Source of the DNA: Pelomyxa schiedti
Lineage: Eukaryota; Protista; Evosea
Direction of reading: 5' to 3'
Length of the DNA stretch: 58,392 nucleotides
NCBI GenBank assembly: GCA_020536535.1
Contig: JAHLWZ010000889.1
Span: 1-58,392 of the forward strand
Made by a program: the position numbers and the translations under genes. Shown piece after piece: positions 25,626-38,100 of the stretch (positions within the stretch are counted from its first letter, which is position 1; every line of letters begins with the position of its first letter). The notes below the pieces were generated by a model. The model ran no database searches and was not told where the DNA came from. It was given only the letters and a program-made list of their open reading frames with translations.

Positions 25626-28600
25626 TCACGGGGATTTGTGGCTGGTTTTTGTTACAGCACGGAGTTGGTAAGGCCCTTGTGAGAGTATAGTGCGATCGTG
25701 GGGATTGTTCCAATCAAAGAGAATAGTGGATGCAACAGGGGGTGGGTAATTGACTTCCACCACCCACAATCTGTGTTGGGTTAATAAGAGTGTTTGGAGC
25801 GCGGGTCTATTTGGTGTTTTCAGGTGAAAAGGAGACATACAGGCTCAGGTTTGGTGACAGGACGAGATCAAGGGTGTAGTCGGAACAGTTAATTTTTGGT
25901 GCCACAGATTCCCACGCAGTAAAAATTGCTTTCTCTATATCTCCATGCCGTTTTATCTGAGTGAGTTCAGTTGATTTTGAAATCGCGCGGTTATAGAAAG
26001 TGATTACAATTTCGGGCACAAAGCAATGTTTATGATACATAGATGCTGCATTCAAGTTTCCCCTTGCTACAAACAACTTGTTTGAAGTTAGAACCTCCAT
26101 GTGTAATAGGGTGCCTTACTCTAAATTCCCATTCAGTGTCAAAAACCTCGAATTTTCTTATAGCCACGTAAACAGGAAATGTACCGAGCATCTCACAAGT
26201 TCTCAAGTCATGCATAACACGCTGGCTGTGAAGAAGCAGCCGAATTGCATCCATAGCGTGTGTTACACACATTGACATCACATGAGCCCTAGCTTCACAC
26301 ACCCCTTGGTCAAGTGATGGATTCTGATGTTTCACTTGTTGTAGAATTGAATGATAGTGGCTGGTGGCGAAAGCTGAGTCTTTTGGGCTACGAGTAGAGA
26401 GACGTACAAATGCACCCTTTTTTTGAACTTGGATTAAGTTTGGGGAGGATGAAGTGCAAACTAACCTGAGGGAAACTTTCAATGAGTATTTTCAGCTGGG
26501 ATTCAAGGTCGGTTATGGCTTTCCAATTTGCTCTGTTAGTTTCCTTCCATGAAATCACAATTTTTCTATAGCTGTCATCTTTGGCTTCAATGAAATCCTC
26601 TTCGTTTTGTGCATCAAGTTTAAAATCAAGGGATACAGCGCCTGTGTAAGAGCTAAGACTATCAGTATAGAGTTAGAGGTGTATGGACCTGATTTTGATA
26701 CACCCGTTTCAGTCACCTTCATGATATACTCCGTGGGTTTGTCTCTCTCCCGGGAAAAAGCCTAGATAATCATAAGGCCAATAAATGCACACAGGAGAAA
26801 ACCTCACGAGATTCTGTGGACAATAGCATTGAATGGCTCAGTGACCTTAAAACGCGTGCATCAGTTTCTGACAGAAGTATGAACTCCGTAGGAAATGTGA
26901 CCTGTTTCAAGTCGTTGTACCATCGTTCAATCCGATAGTACATATCAGAGGGTGATGCTTCTGGCATTAGCTCCACTGTTGGTATTGATGGGCTTGGAGG
27001 CTCGGGAAGAAGCCCAGACTTTACCATGAAATCCAGTTGACGAGAAAAGACTTCAAATGTCATAGCAGGGCAAGTAATTCCACACTGTCGCATCATCTTG
27101 CGAGTATTTGACGTGTCAGGACCAAGGTCAAATTCAACGCCTGCAAAACCACCACCAAGTAGCAAGCTCTGCCTGAAGACAGCAAGAGGATTTGTGTCAG
27201 GCATTTCAGATAAACATGCAAACCACTCTTCTTCGCACATCTCACGCAGTTTGTAGCCATAACGGTGAAGGTGTGTCAGCAAAGCCTCCCAAGACAGTGG
27301 TGTAGGTGTTACTAAGTGTAATACCTCGGGGTTCACCTCGATATTTTGGGGCAGGGCCCCGGCGGTAAAACCCTTTTGTACAGCCATTGCTGTGCATATT
27401 ACAGAGCAAACATAATCCACCGGAGTTAGCAAAAAGTTGGGGGGTATGATCCCTGTTTTGGCTGGATAACCGCCCAAATATATTAGTCCACGAATCACAG
27501 CAGTGGTGAAGCATGTTGGGTTACAGCATCCACTTTCAGAGTGAGCAGAGATCGTAGATGGGCGATAAACCACAACACGAGGCAGAGAAAGAGAATGCCC
27601 TGCAGACACTGAAAGAACTTCAGAAACAAATTTGGTGGCAGCGTACCCAGGTGCATTGCTGAGTTCAGAGAGGGTGTATAAATCCAAATGTAATGGGGTC
27701 TCAGGGTGATCTTCTGCACCCTTACCGCGTAAAACGTTCACACTTGATATGTGGTGGAGGTGTTTCTTCACTGGACCAGAGGCAGCAAACTTGATAACTT
27801 CGAGGGTGCCTCCAACGTTGATTCGTTTGAGTGCCGAGTAGGGAAGAACCCCATTAACTCGTGCAGCGTTATGAACAACGTCTGCCACCTCATGAGCAAG
27901 CCTGTGGTAGGTATGTAAACTCAAACCCATGAGTGGAGATGAAACATCGCCACACAGAACAAGCACACGGGATATATCTGCTGGTAAGCAATTCAATGTC
28001 TTGGCTGCATTCAAATATCGTTCTTGGGCATGCATGTCACTATCACCCCTCACAATACAATAAACTTTTCTGCCAGGGAAAGCTTCAACTAAGTATTTGA
28101 CAAGAAAGGGTCCAAGAAAGCCTGTGGCGCCGGTGACAAGAATATCTTCACTCGCGGGCACTGAGAGAGTTTGCGTGCATCCTACCTTTTGACACACATC
28201 GGCACATTCTCTCAAAGTCTTTTTTCCATAAGTTTGTGTTACAAGAGAAGAAGAAGCTGAAGAAGAAGGCAACCTGTCTTGTAAAATTCGTGGGAAGGGT
28301 GCACTCAAGCTGCCAGTTAATTTGCGGTTTTCCCACTGATGCAGAGTGGGTTTTCTCTTTTTGGCATGCAACTAACCCTTCAAATTCCAGTAGGCTATTT
28401 GCTTGCATCAAGTCTACCACGTTGCACATTATTCCAGTTGATTCAGCAAGAGCTCTTATAACACGAACTGCGGCCAGTGAATCCAATCCAAGATGTTGAA
28501 AAGAAACGGAGGGCATGTCACAAAGAGCTGTTCCACAACCGGCTGTTACAGTGCTAAGAGCTTCTCCAAGTTGGGGTACTCTTACAAAAGGATTGCGTTT

Positions 28601-31600
28601 TCCAGAAGCAGTAACAGTTTCCTGACAAGGAGCAAATAAATCAAGTATTTCCTTCTCATATCTCCTACTAAGAGCACATCGAGACTTCTTGCCAACAGCC
28701 GTCAGCAGCCCATTCTCCTGAGAGAACGGAACAGTCTCGAGTAATATGTGTTGTGGTATTTCCCAGGGCTTGAGTCGATTTTCAGTTGCAAGATTGAGTA
28801 TTTCAGTTCTGATGGCACTCCTGGATGTGGAAGGATTTTTTGGAACAATAACACCAACGACTGATGGAGTGAAAGCAGATCCATATACATAAGCTTGCAG
28901 AATTTCAGGTGACTTCTCAAAAGTGTTCTCAAGCACTTCCAAGCAGACAAATTCACCTTGTGAAAGCTGGGGAAAAATTTTAGCATGGCAACAGGTTGAA
29001 ACGGATACCTTGACAACAGAACCAATTCGTGCCTTAATTACGATTTTGCCACCACACCGGGCTCCAATGTCCCCTGTGCGGAAGTATCGTTTTCCATTGA
29101 TTGTGAGAAACTGTGATGCATTTAAGGGGGCATTGTCAAAATATTCAGAATTGCTCTCGACGCAAATTTCACCACTAGTGTCATTGGGACCTTCACCTTG
29201 TAATCTCAATAAGGAGATTGGGTCAAGGTCGGGCAGTGGATGAAGTACTACATCAACAGAAGAGGACACAGTCCCATTTACAGCAATCGTGCCTGTTTCA
29301 GTAGTTGAATAGCCATCACCTACTTGTCTCTGATATCAAAGGTGAAAATAAAACAAAGTGTGGTAAAGAAAGAAACATTGAAGCATCGTGTCAAAAAGTT
29401 ATACAACTGTTCAGATGTTGCTGCCCCTCCTGTTATCACCCACTGTACTCTATTTCCTAGCATAAGTCTAGCGTGACTTAATGCGCGATATTCCTCGGAT
29501 ATAGTTGGCTTATTACTTTGAAGGAACTCCTTACAACCCGAAAAGAAGGAAGGGATACAGTAAGTGATGGAGTGGCAAGAGAATGCTAGAGCGTAAACCT
29601 GATATTCCGACATTAATAAAGACCAAAAAGAAGGTGGTGCACCAATCAATGTTGGACGAATGGACTTGATATTCTTAAACAGATGGGACTTGTCTCCAAA
29701 ATGAATTCCTACCTACCATCTCAGTGAATTTCCGGAGTAATGGTGTAGTATTTACCTGTCCGCCATTGCAGAAAACTCTCCAGGTTAATCGTCGGGAAAA
29801 GGCATGGAAGGGGGGCTAAGAAGAGTTATTGAAACACTCCCCATTTTGGAGGTGGGTGCAGTGAGATACTTGAAAATCAATAGTAACAATAGGCGTGACA
29901 GACCCAAGGGATTCATGTGCAATTTTGAAGTGGTTTCTATCTGTCCAAACTACCCCCTTCGGTTCCCCTGGGGTTTTCAGGGAAAAAATTGAGTACCAAG
30001 GAGGTTACCTGAACTTCCACTTGTAAAAACAATGGATATTGCGTCTTTTGGAAGGTTCAGCTGTACTGTATCTCTACTCACAATTGGAGCAAAAAAGTTG
30101 CTTTTGGATGACTCCAGTACGGTAAATAGATAAACAGAGGTAGCTCCCCATCCTTTACAGTTCAAAGTGCATTCCCCTTTCACAGAGGTCTTACCCCACA
30201 CAATAATACTGCGAAGAGTTTTGATAGATTTCTTAAGAGGGATTAGAGGAAAGTATATGGAGTCAGATTAGTACAAGCATTTCCATATTCTGGTTGAAGA
30301 ACTCGTCGTCACAAGCCATAACTGAAGCTTGTGCCGAATGCAATATTCTACTGGACACTTCTGGGTTCGCGTGTGGGTCAATTGGAACCGACACAATCGA
30401 GGCACAGAGAAGAGCATAGTCGCATATTATCCAGCACAGATGATTATCACCACATATGGCGACGGTGCTTCCTGGAGTTGCACGATGGAGTTGAGAAAGA
30501 TTATCACTCAATCTCTGATATAGATTAAGTGGAAATAGGACTGGACAAGAGAACCTCAACACGTTTGTTGATTTCTCCATAGGAAAGCCACATATAATCA
30601 TCCCCACCAGGGGAGGGAATACCAAGGAAAGGTCTCGCAGAATACTCCTGCTTGATATTAGCACAAGGAGAAAGTGATAAAATACATGAAACGCTGAGAA
30701 TAGTAGCTCTTTGCAAGTGTAGCCATAAAGGTAGTTGATGCTTTTGTGATCTGGTATATACACCCTTAAGAAGGTGTGTTTGGGAAAGGAGTGAAGGAAA
30801 GGTGAAACAAGCACACCTCTGAAAATGGTGTCCCTCTTTATGTACTGTACTAGCTTGGGGGAAACATTTTATACATAAATTCGAGACGTCGTGCTCACAT
30901 GAGGCACAGTTGTAACGATACTGCGCTGCCCAAGAATTAGGACTGTAGAATAAGTAGGAGATGAACTTGGAACGATGAGTTTTCCGCAACACAAGCATTG
31001 ATACTTTTTTGCATGCCCAGACGTGAGTTGGTCTGCATCACCCAGAGCATTGGCGAGAAGATTATTACATATGTGACATAAAGAACAAGCCGCAGTATTG
31101 TACCCTGTAATGTGTGCAACATAGCCATAAACAAGACCCCGCATAAGTCTCAAAAAGAACAACTGTAATAGTGGCAGTTGATCCCACAGTTGAAAACTAA
31201 CTTAAACCTCTGAGTGATTCGAGGCAAACCATGTAGCTTGAATTCCGCAAGCCGTCATCCACCCTATCCAACTAAGCCCCAAACCAAACAAAGATACAGA
31301 AATAATAAGTGTAGAAGGTCATGAAAAGAGTGGGCTCTCACCGGCCAAGCCTTGGCATCAAGAGAGCTCTGTAGAACCACTCCTCAGTCACAGGTAAAAG
31401 TACTACATAATCCAAATTGTTGAATGCTCCCACAACTGCCCTCTCACATCCCACCAGGCACCTTTCTGTGAAACGCCTTGCCGGCCAGTTTTGGGTCTTC
31501 CCTCCGGCATCCCACAAGTGCCTTGCCATGACCCTCCAGCGGCGTAACGTGGAGGTCAAACCCCTGCGCCACATTGTTACACACCAAGTGACACCCAGAT

Positions 31601-31982
31601 TTGCGGCCACGCCCAGTCCCACAATGGACAACGTCCTGAGGCTCCCAACACCCCACAGCCCCGCATAAAACAGTGGCGTTCCGGGATTCCCCCCCGAGCC
31701 GCTTTCGGCCCCCAGCACCCAGAGGCACACAGCCAAAATGGTGGCACCCATAATCCAGTACACCACCGCCCGGCCTGCACGCAACAAAACCGATCCAAAA
31801 ACTCCTGCGGCATCATTTAGTCTGGCTGGGAGCGGACCAGCCCGGCTATGACTCGTGCGAGCGCCGGCCGATCCAAAAACTCCATGCAACCGCGAGTCTA
31901 GCATGACCCATAATAGAACGTCAGATACGCTGGCGCACAAGACCTCGACGCATACAGCACAAGCAACAACCGCCCAACCCAT
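25626..31982 (-). CDS. Multidomain fusion: CPBP/Abi intramembrane protease + ZZ zinc finger + CAR-like adenylation-thiolation-reductase + CDC123/R2K ATP-grasp
   Basis: CPBP motifs EEWFYR, FASNH and HICNN. ZZ: CLCC..YRYNCASC..LCIKCF..H...HHF. A domain: FTSGSSG, GYSTTE, YFRTGDIG, LSQGEFV, ENGLLTAVGK. T domain: LGLDSL. R domain: VTGATGFLG, HNAARVN..LPY, GYAATK. R2K: YYRIERWY..TFPTEF, AFVRLSTRSPKD, EWEFR, YTLD, VVEVN. The domain junctions I checked stay in frame through short GT-AG introns or within single ORFs. Confidence 0.75.
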
Positions 31983-32014
31983 TCCCTTCTCTTTTTCAAC
32001 AAGAAAAACTTTTG

Positions 32015-33224
32015 ATGAACCGCGTCGCTGAACGTCGTTCTTTCTCGTCGCGTACCGTCAACCCGTTCCACGTATGCTCGTACTACGACGCACGTACTCA
32101 ATTTGTGGCACTTGGGGCCGGCGCGATTGTGGGACGTTGCGGTCGCTCTGTCGGGAGCCCAGCCTCGGTGCTCACGCCCGCGTCGCTGTCGCTCATCGGC
32201 CGCGAGTGGGTCGTGTTCCCAGCCAAGCACCTCCTCGTCAATCTCGCAGAGAAGGGGGGGACAGGCGACGTGTTTGTAGAGTTCAGCGTGTCTCCCACAA
32301 TGGGGATCGTGGACTACCCGGCCGTCGTTGACTTTGGCAAAAAGAAGAGGAAGTTTTATGGATGGGTTGGGCCACAGTCTGTTGGCCATAGGTTCCCTTT
32401 GCTGGGTACAATAGATACCCAGGGAATAAAGTGCATGAAGGTCATTGACTTGTGTGCTCAACACCATCACGTTAATAGCAGTGGAAAGACCAGCAATGTA
32501 GTGGCTGTGGTTGCTGGGAATCGATCCACAACGTGGTAGGTACACTTGGGCTGTTCGGGGCAGGTGGGTGGTTTTTACACAAGGCCAACCTCTTATTACA
32601 ATCTGGGATTTTGGTGGGATTGTGGCTGGGGTGGTAACCAATGTTGATATTACTTTGCCATGGGAACCAATCAGCTTGCAGTTCCTTGGCGATGACTCAC
32701 TTGTGGTGCAACCAGATGCAAATAAATCAAGCTGTGCACTGATTGTCATAGACCTCGTGGGCACACTTGAGAACAAAGAGCTAAGGATTGTGAGTCAGCA
32801 CGCTCTTCCACAAAATTACAACTGTTTCACAAAGCTGTGGTGCTGGGGAGGAAAGTTGTACACCACAATGAGCAGGGATTCTCAGCTTGTTTGCCTTACT
32901 ACTGGTGTGAAAACTGCCTTACCCAAACCAATAGGCAGAGGAAAGGGAAGAGGGAGCCGTATGTCACTGGATCCAATTGGGGGTCCATACTATGCACTGA
33001 CTGAAACAGCATATCCCACTACAGAGGTGTACAGTGTAATGGCTCCAAATAATTTGTGCTTCAGGCATTTTCCCAAGGGTGATGAGGCACACCACATAGT
33101 ATTTGGTAATGAACTGGGTCTAAGGGAGAAAGGCCCTCTCATCCAAGTAATTGATGCTGCATCTGGCCTGATTCTTCTCACTATTGACACACTAGGGAGG
33201 TACTTTGTATTCAATGTCTCCTAG
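32015..33224 (+). CDS. Hypothetical protein (two overlapping ORFs, probably one gene joined by a short intron or frameshift near 32535)
   Basis: ORFs 32012..32539 and 32511..33224 have coding-like composition and beta-rich WVVF-type segments; no family recognised. Confidence 0.5.
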
Positions 33225-33884
33225 ATCTTTAAAATGGCAATGGTACCATAGACTTCTTTTAACACCACAAGTTCCGATTGTGGAAGTAGTATGTACCACA
33301 ACACCCCAAAAATTCGGGAGACAAAAAAGAAGGAGATGATTGTGAGGTGTGCAACCCCAACGAACCCCTGCGGCGCCTCGTGGGATCAGTCACCGGGCTA
33401 TGGGAAATGACCCTCCAGCCACCCCCACCCCGTCCGGCGAGCGTGGCCCCACGGCGCTTGATGCGCCGGGAACCACACATCACCAGAGGGGCATGGGCAG
33501 TCACAGAGCCACGGAATTAGCTCGCAGTGAGCACGGTGTCAGACCCTGAGACAACGCATTTGAGTTGAGGTTCGCGGAGGAAAATCAGCCCCCCAAATTA
33601 TCGATGAAATCGTCAACCTCGGGGGCAAAATTTCGAAGGAGTTATTAAACTGGGTTTTTTACGAGAAAACTGTTTGGGTTTGTGGTTGGGTTTCCAACGG
33701 ACATTCTCCACAATTCTTGGTATTTAAGTCGAAGGAGCACACCTCAATTGCATCAACCTCCGAAGAAATGTCTCAAACTCGGCCCATAAACCAGCACAGA
33801 TTTTCCCATCATGTCCATTATGGGACATTGCGGGTTTTCTGTTGTTTCCTCAATTTTTCCTTTTGCTTTTTCTTTTCGCAAAGA

Positions 33885-35077
33885 ATGTGTTGTGTGGTGT
33901 TGTGTGTTTGTTTTTTTATTTTTGCGGGGGTCAGTTGGTGTGGTGGGGAAGTTTTGGTGAGTGGGGGTGTTGGTAAGCCTTGGATAATTTTTGACTCTGA
34001 TATTGGGCCTGATGTGGATGATACTGGGGCACTTGCCGTTCTCAATGTGGGGCCTCCATTCCTACAATAAACATAATATTGTGGTGAGGGTAACACCCAT
34101 TAATCAATACACACCTACAAATAAATAAATAATTTGTTTGACACAAAGGCTGGAGTGATAAATGACTTAGTGGGAATTCTTGGAGTTGCATGCTGCACTT
34201 CTGATATATATGGCGCCCCCGCTCTGGATTCAATAAATACTTACTACGGCTGTGGTTCCTTATCTTCCACGCCTGTCGTTGGTACAAACAAAGAGAGTAT
34301 AAATTTCTTGTCTGGGCCTGACTATGAAGTGTACAACAAAGACCTCGCCCTTGAATTTCCAAACAAACTGGATGGTGATGGAGGCAACGCACAAGAGGTG
34401 GTTGCGATGTACCGGTATATTCCAACTCCACTCCTTGCAGCTTAACACCTTGACATGACAAAGTCTGTTATAGGTCACTGCTCGCCAACCTCAGTTCAAG
34501 TGATTCGGTTATTTTTGTGGCTGTTGGTCCCCTCGTCAATATCGCCGCCCTTCTAAACTCGCCCGCCGACTCTATATCCCAAAAAACCGGCCTGGAGCTT
34601 ATAGCAGAGCACTCAGAGCTTCTCGTCTGCATGGGAGGGGCCTATCCCAGCGGCACTGAATGGAATTTCCTCATGGACCCCGCGGCCGCACAACTGGTTG
34701 CCACCACTTGGCCCACTTCAATAGTCTGGAGTGGCTTTGAAGTTGGTTCCACAATCATGACTGGAAATGTACTCAACCTCCAAGCACCAAAAACAGACCC
34801 CGTTCGCACAGCCTACAACCTCTACGTGGGACCAGGAAACAACCGTGAGAGCTGGGACTTGACTGCGGCCTACTATTCTGTGTGGAACACATCCACAGCT
34901 TTGTTCAAGCTCAGCACTGAGGGCTACAATGTTGTCGATTCAGATACTGGGAGCAACCAGTGGGTGGAAGAACCTGGGGCTAACCAGTGGTACTTAATAA
35001 AGGCTGCAACAGACGAGGAGATAGAAGCAGAATTAAATTCACTTCTACTCCTTACTCCCCTTTGTGTGGGAAAATGA
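33885..35077 (+). CDS. Inosine-uridine nucleoside hydrolase family protein with a predicted signal peptide
   Basis: IIFDSDIGPDVDDTGALAVL (Ca-binding aspartate motif), VAVGPLVNIA, MGGAYPSGTEWNF and SWDLTA; hydrophobic N-terminus; two introns. Confidence 0.85.
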
Positions 35078-35103
35078 ACAAGTTTTTTTTTTGTTTTGCA
35101 TAT

Positions 35104-38100
35104 TTACAGGTGAGAAATACAACAAAATTCGTTCTCCTCTTCATTGTGGTCATAGAGCCAGGTGAGTCCTACTCCCTCGCCGACCAGTGCTTCAGTGTCT
35201 TCTCCCACTTCAGGGATGACCTTCTTACTGCCGCGTGCAATATTGATTATTTCCTGTGCAAGGGACTTGATGCGAACAGCAAGTTTGCTGTCTTGAAATC
35301 TTTCTAGTGCTTCGTCGTACTGTCTTTAATGAGAGAGATACTGGACATTGTAAGCATACCTTTGATTTGGGTGCCCGTTTCTTTTTGGATTTGCCCTGTT
35401 CCGCATCATTTGACATAAATTCAAGCAGAAGTGTTGCTAGCTTGGTAAAGTGACCAGCGTACTCATGCAAATCACTGCCATTTTGGCCTGCTACTGCAGA
35501 CGAGCGTGCCTTGACTCGTAAAAGAATAAACGCGTGTTGTATAACACACCACAGGCAACGAATGCAAAACATTCTAAAATTGTAAGTAGTGTGCATAATT
35601 TGAAGAGCATTTACCTCCGACGTGGGTTAACTCTTGCGAAAGAAGATGAGCACAAGAGGTGTAGTATGTCACAAGCGGATGAAATTACTTTCCAATCGGC
35701 AGCACGAGGATCGACAACATGCCTTCCTTGTGTCAAGCCGCTTCCCAGACCAGCAACAACGTGAACAGTAATTTCAAAGAACTATTTAGTGTGAGTTTGC
35801 CTTAAGTCCCTTCCCAAAACAGTACCAGGAAGATGGAATGCCTGTCCATGGTTAAAAAAACAGCATGAGAATGCGGGATGAGCTGCTGGTCCCATGAATT
35901 TGTGTGCGCATCATATGAATTGATTGCATCAGCAATGCTGATTGCAATAGATGTGCATTCGAGTGGTGTATGGAGCGTATAGACTAATGTGAGTGCATGT
36001 GAGATGTGTAAGGCACTCAAGGGAGGGGAATTATAGTGAGGAAAATGTGGAAAGAGATGAGGCGTGTGACAAGCATGCGGTGCACTGCGTAGTGACGGTG
36101 TGTGTGATATAGCATTGTATACTCGACAAAGTGCTTGCTTTGCAAGGGTTGCTACTTGAGGAACCAGGGTACCTTTTTCAAATCTTAGGAAAAAAAAGAG
36201 CTGGATGACGTTGTCCACCATCAAAGACACACAGCTTGTGGAGCATATCTAAAACAGCTGAAGAGACTAAAGGGTCTCTTTCTACTTCAAACAGCTTACT
36301 TAGTAACATGAAAATCTTTGTTGACTGAAAGAGACTAATAAGTCAGATTTTGGGAAAATTGGAGCGGTCACATGTTTTAGTACTAGCTTGGTTATCCTGA
36401 AGAGTAACGAACTTTCTGCTTGGCACCAATCCATGGCAAGGGAAAGAGTTCGCAGAAAGTTACTGTCGAGGGGTTAATTATTTGCAGAAAGTGTTGCTTC
36501 ATACTACAAAGTTTGCTCCTTCTCTCGCACAGTGGAAATCTGAATTAACTGAGAAAGATGAACTTAGAAAAATCTGAACCTCTAGATTCTTTCTTTCTTT
36601 GAGGATTTCATTTTCAATCTGCTCACATCTTGATATCATCCACATGAAAACTTGAGGCGTAACCACCGTGTCTACAGATGGGGGTGCTATTGCGCGTGTG
36701 ATGGCATGTTGCGCATGAAACAAGGAATTGTCCTTTGCCCGATCAATGGAAAACAGGCACAACGAGTGTATTGCACTTGACATAATTGCTTGCTCAATAA
36801 TTCCCAGCTCATTGCTATGTGAATTGGCATAAAAGCTTAGTAACTTTGATCTTTCTACCTGTCAACATGACGTGATATGAGAGGAAGTGCTCTGAGAGAC
36901 GGCCCCACCAGTTCTTCAGTCAATCTAAGCACTAGAATAAGAAATTCTGCAACCCCGATGTTAATTAAACCTGTGTTTTCCATTCATTTCAACATCAGAG
37001 CGTGAAAGATGAGCTAATTGTGATAGACAATTTACAAACAGCAGCTCTTCTTTGTTAAAGAATTGTGGAACTAATTCTTCAGAGTGCACTACAGTCAGGG
37101 CAGTTGAAGTATTTACTACTGTGCCCAGGTGCACTGGGACGAGGGAATTGCTGTCTGGAGGACATGCTTGTTCAATTGACTCCACTGGTGATGAATGTAC
37201 TTCAGCATTACTTCCAATATAATGGTCACCAGCACTGTCCAGGACTTGGCGTGGTGAAATTTCCGCATAGGACAGGCTGTTAGGTGATGTTGCAATCGAC
37301 ATAGCAGTAGCCACATCAAAACATTGGCTTAGAACAGAGGGATTTCCTTTGTTCCGTGAGTTTTAACACAACCATGATTAGACGAACTGGATTGAAGAAC
37401 TCTGTCAGCTTCAGTGATATCAAATAGCACGTCAGTGATATCAATTTGCTTGAGGTCGCTTTAGGTCTGTCAATCGCACTCTAAATGCATACCCACATTC
37501 AACACAAGGTAATAAGTCACAAAGCAAGACATCAGATCTGTATTCGTACTGAGTTCTGAAGTGGATTAACCCAATGAGAGGATCTGCAATTTCAAAACCG
37601 GGGTTGACAGGTACTCTGTCATGTGATCTCAGTCGAAACGGGGAAGACTGGAGAAGTGCCAGAAACTCTTTTTCATTGGCCTGAAACAGAGTATTATAGA
37701 CATATGAAACAAAAACCTATGTGATGTGAATGCCCTTTCCCTCAATCCCTCAAGAAAACGTACTGGAGCAATGAAATCTGCTAAATCCTTCAGAACGGCA
37801 AGTGCCCCAGTAGCCAAGTCAATTACATTTGTAAACAAAACGAGGTTGCACAGAGCAGATATCAACATATGGCTCTCGGGCACTAAATGGGTACTGAACC
37901 CCGATTTTAGAAACTCACCTGCAAGAACCAAGCCTATATATTTATGAGGGATTACCAAAAGTTACTGAACATACCTATAAGCTGAGATTTGGGAACAGAA
38001 GAGGTAATATAAGTGTTTACAACACCAAACAGAGTGGTTGTTGACTCACGGTCAGCAGGTGATATTAACTTCAATAGACACTGAAAGTTGTATTAAGTAT

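Noticed and set aside
31338-31982. Treating the CPBP ORF as a complete stand-alone gene ending at TGA 31338
   Set aside because: That stop lies inside a GT-AG intron; the essential FxxxH and HxxxN motifs are in downstream exons that continue into the ZZ finger.
33259-33560. GC-rich intergenic patch with short ORFs, possibly an ncRNA or gene remnant
   Set aside because: No recognisable RNA or protein motif and no consistent reading frame.
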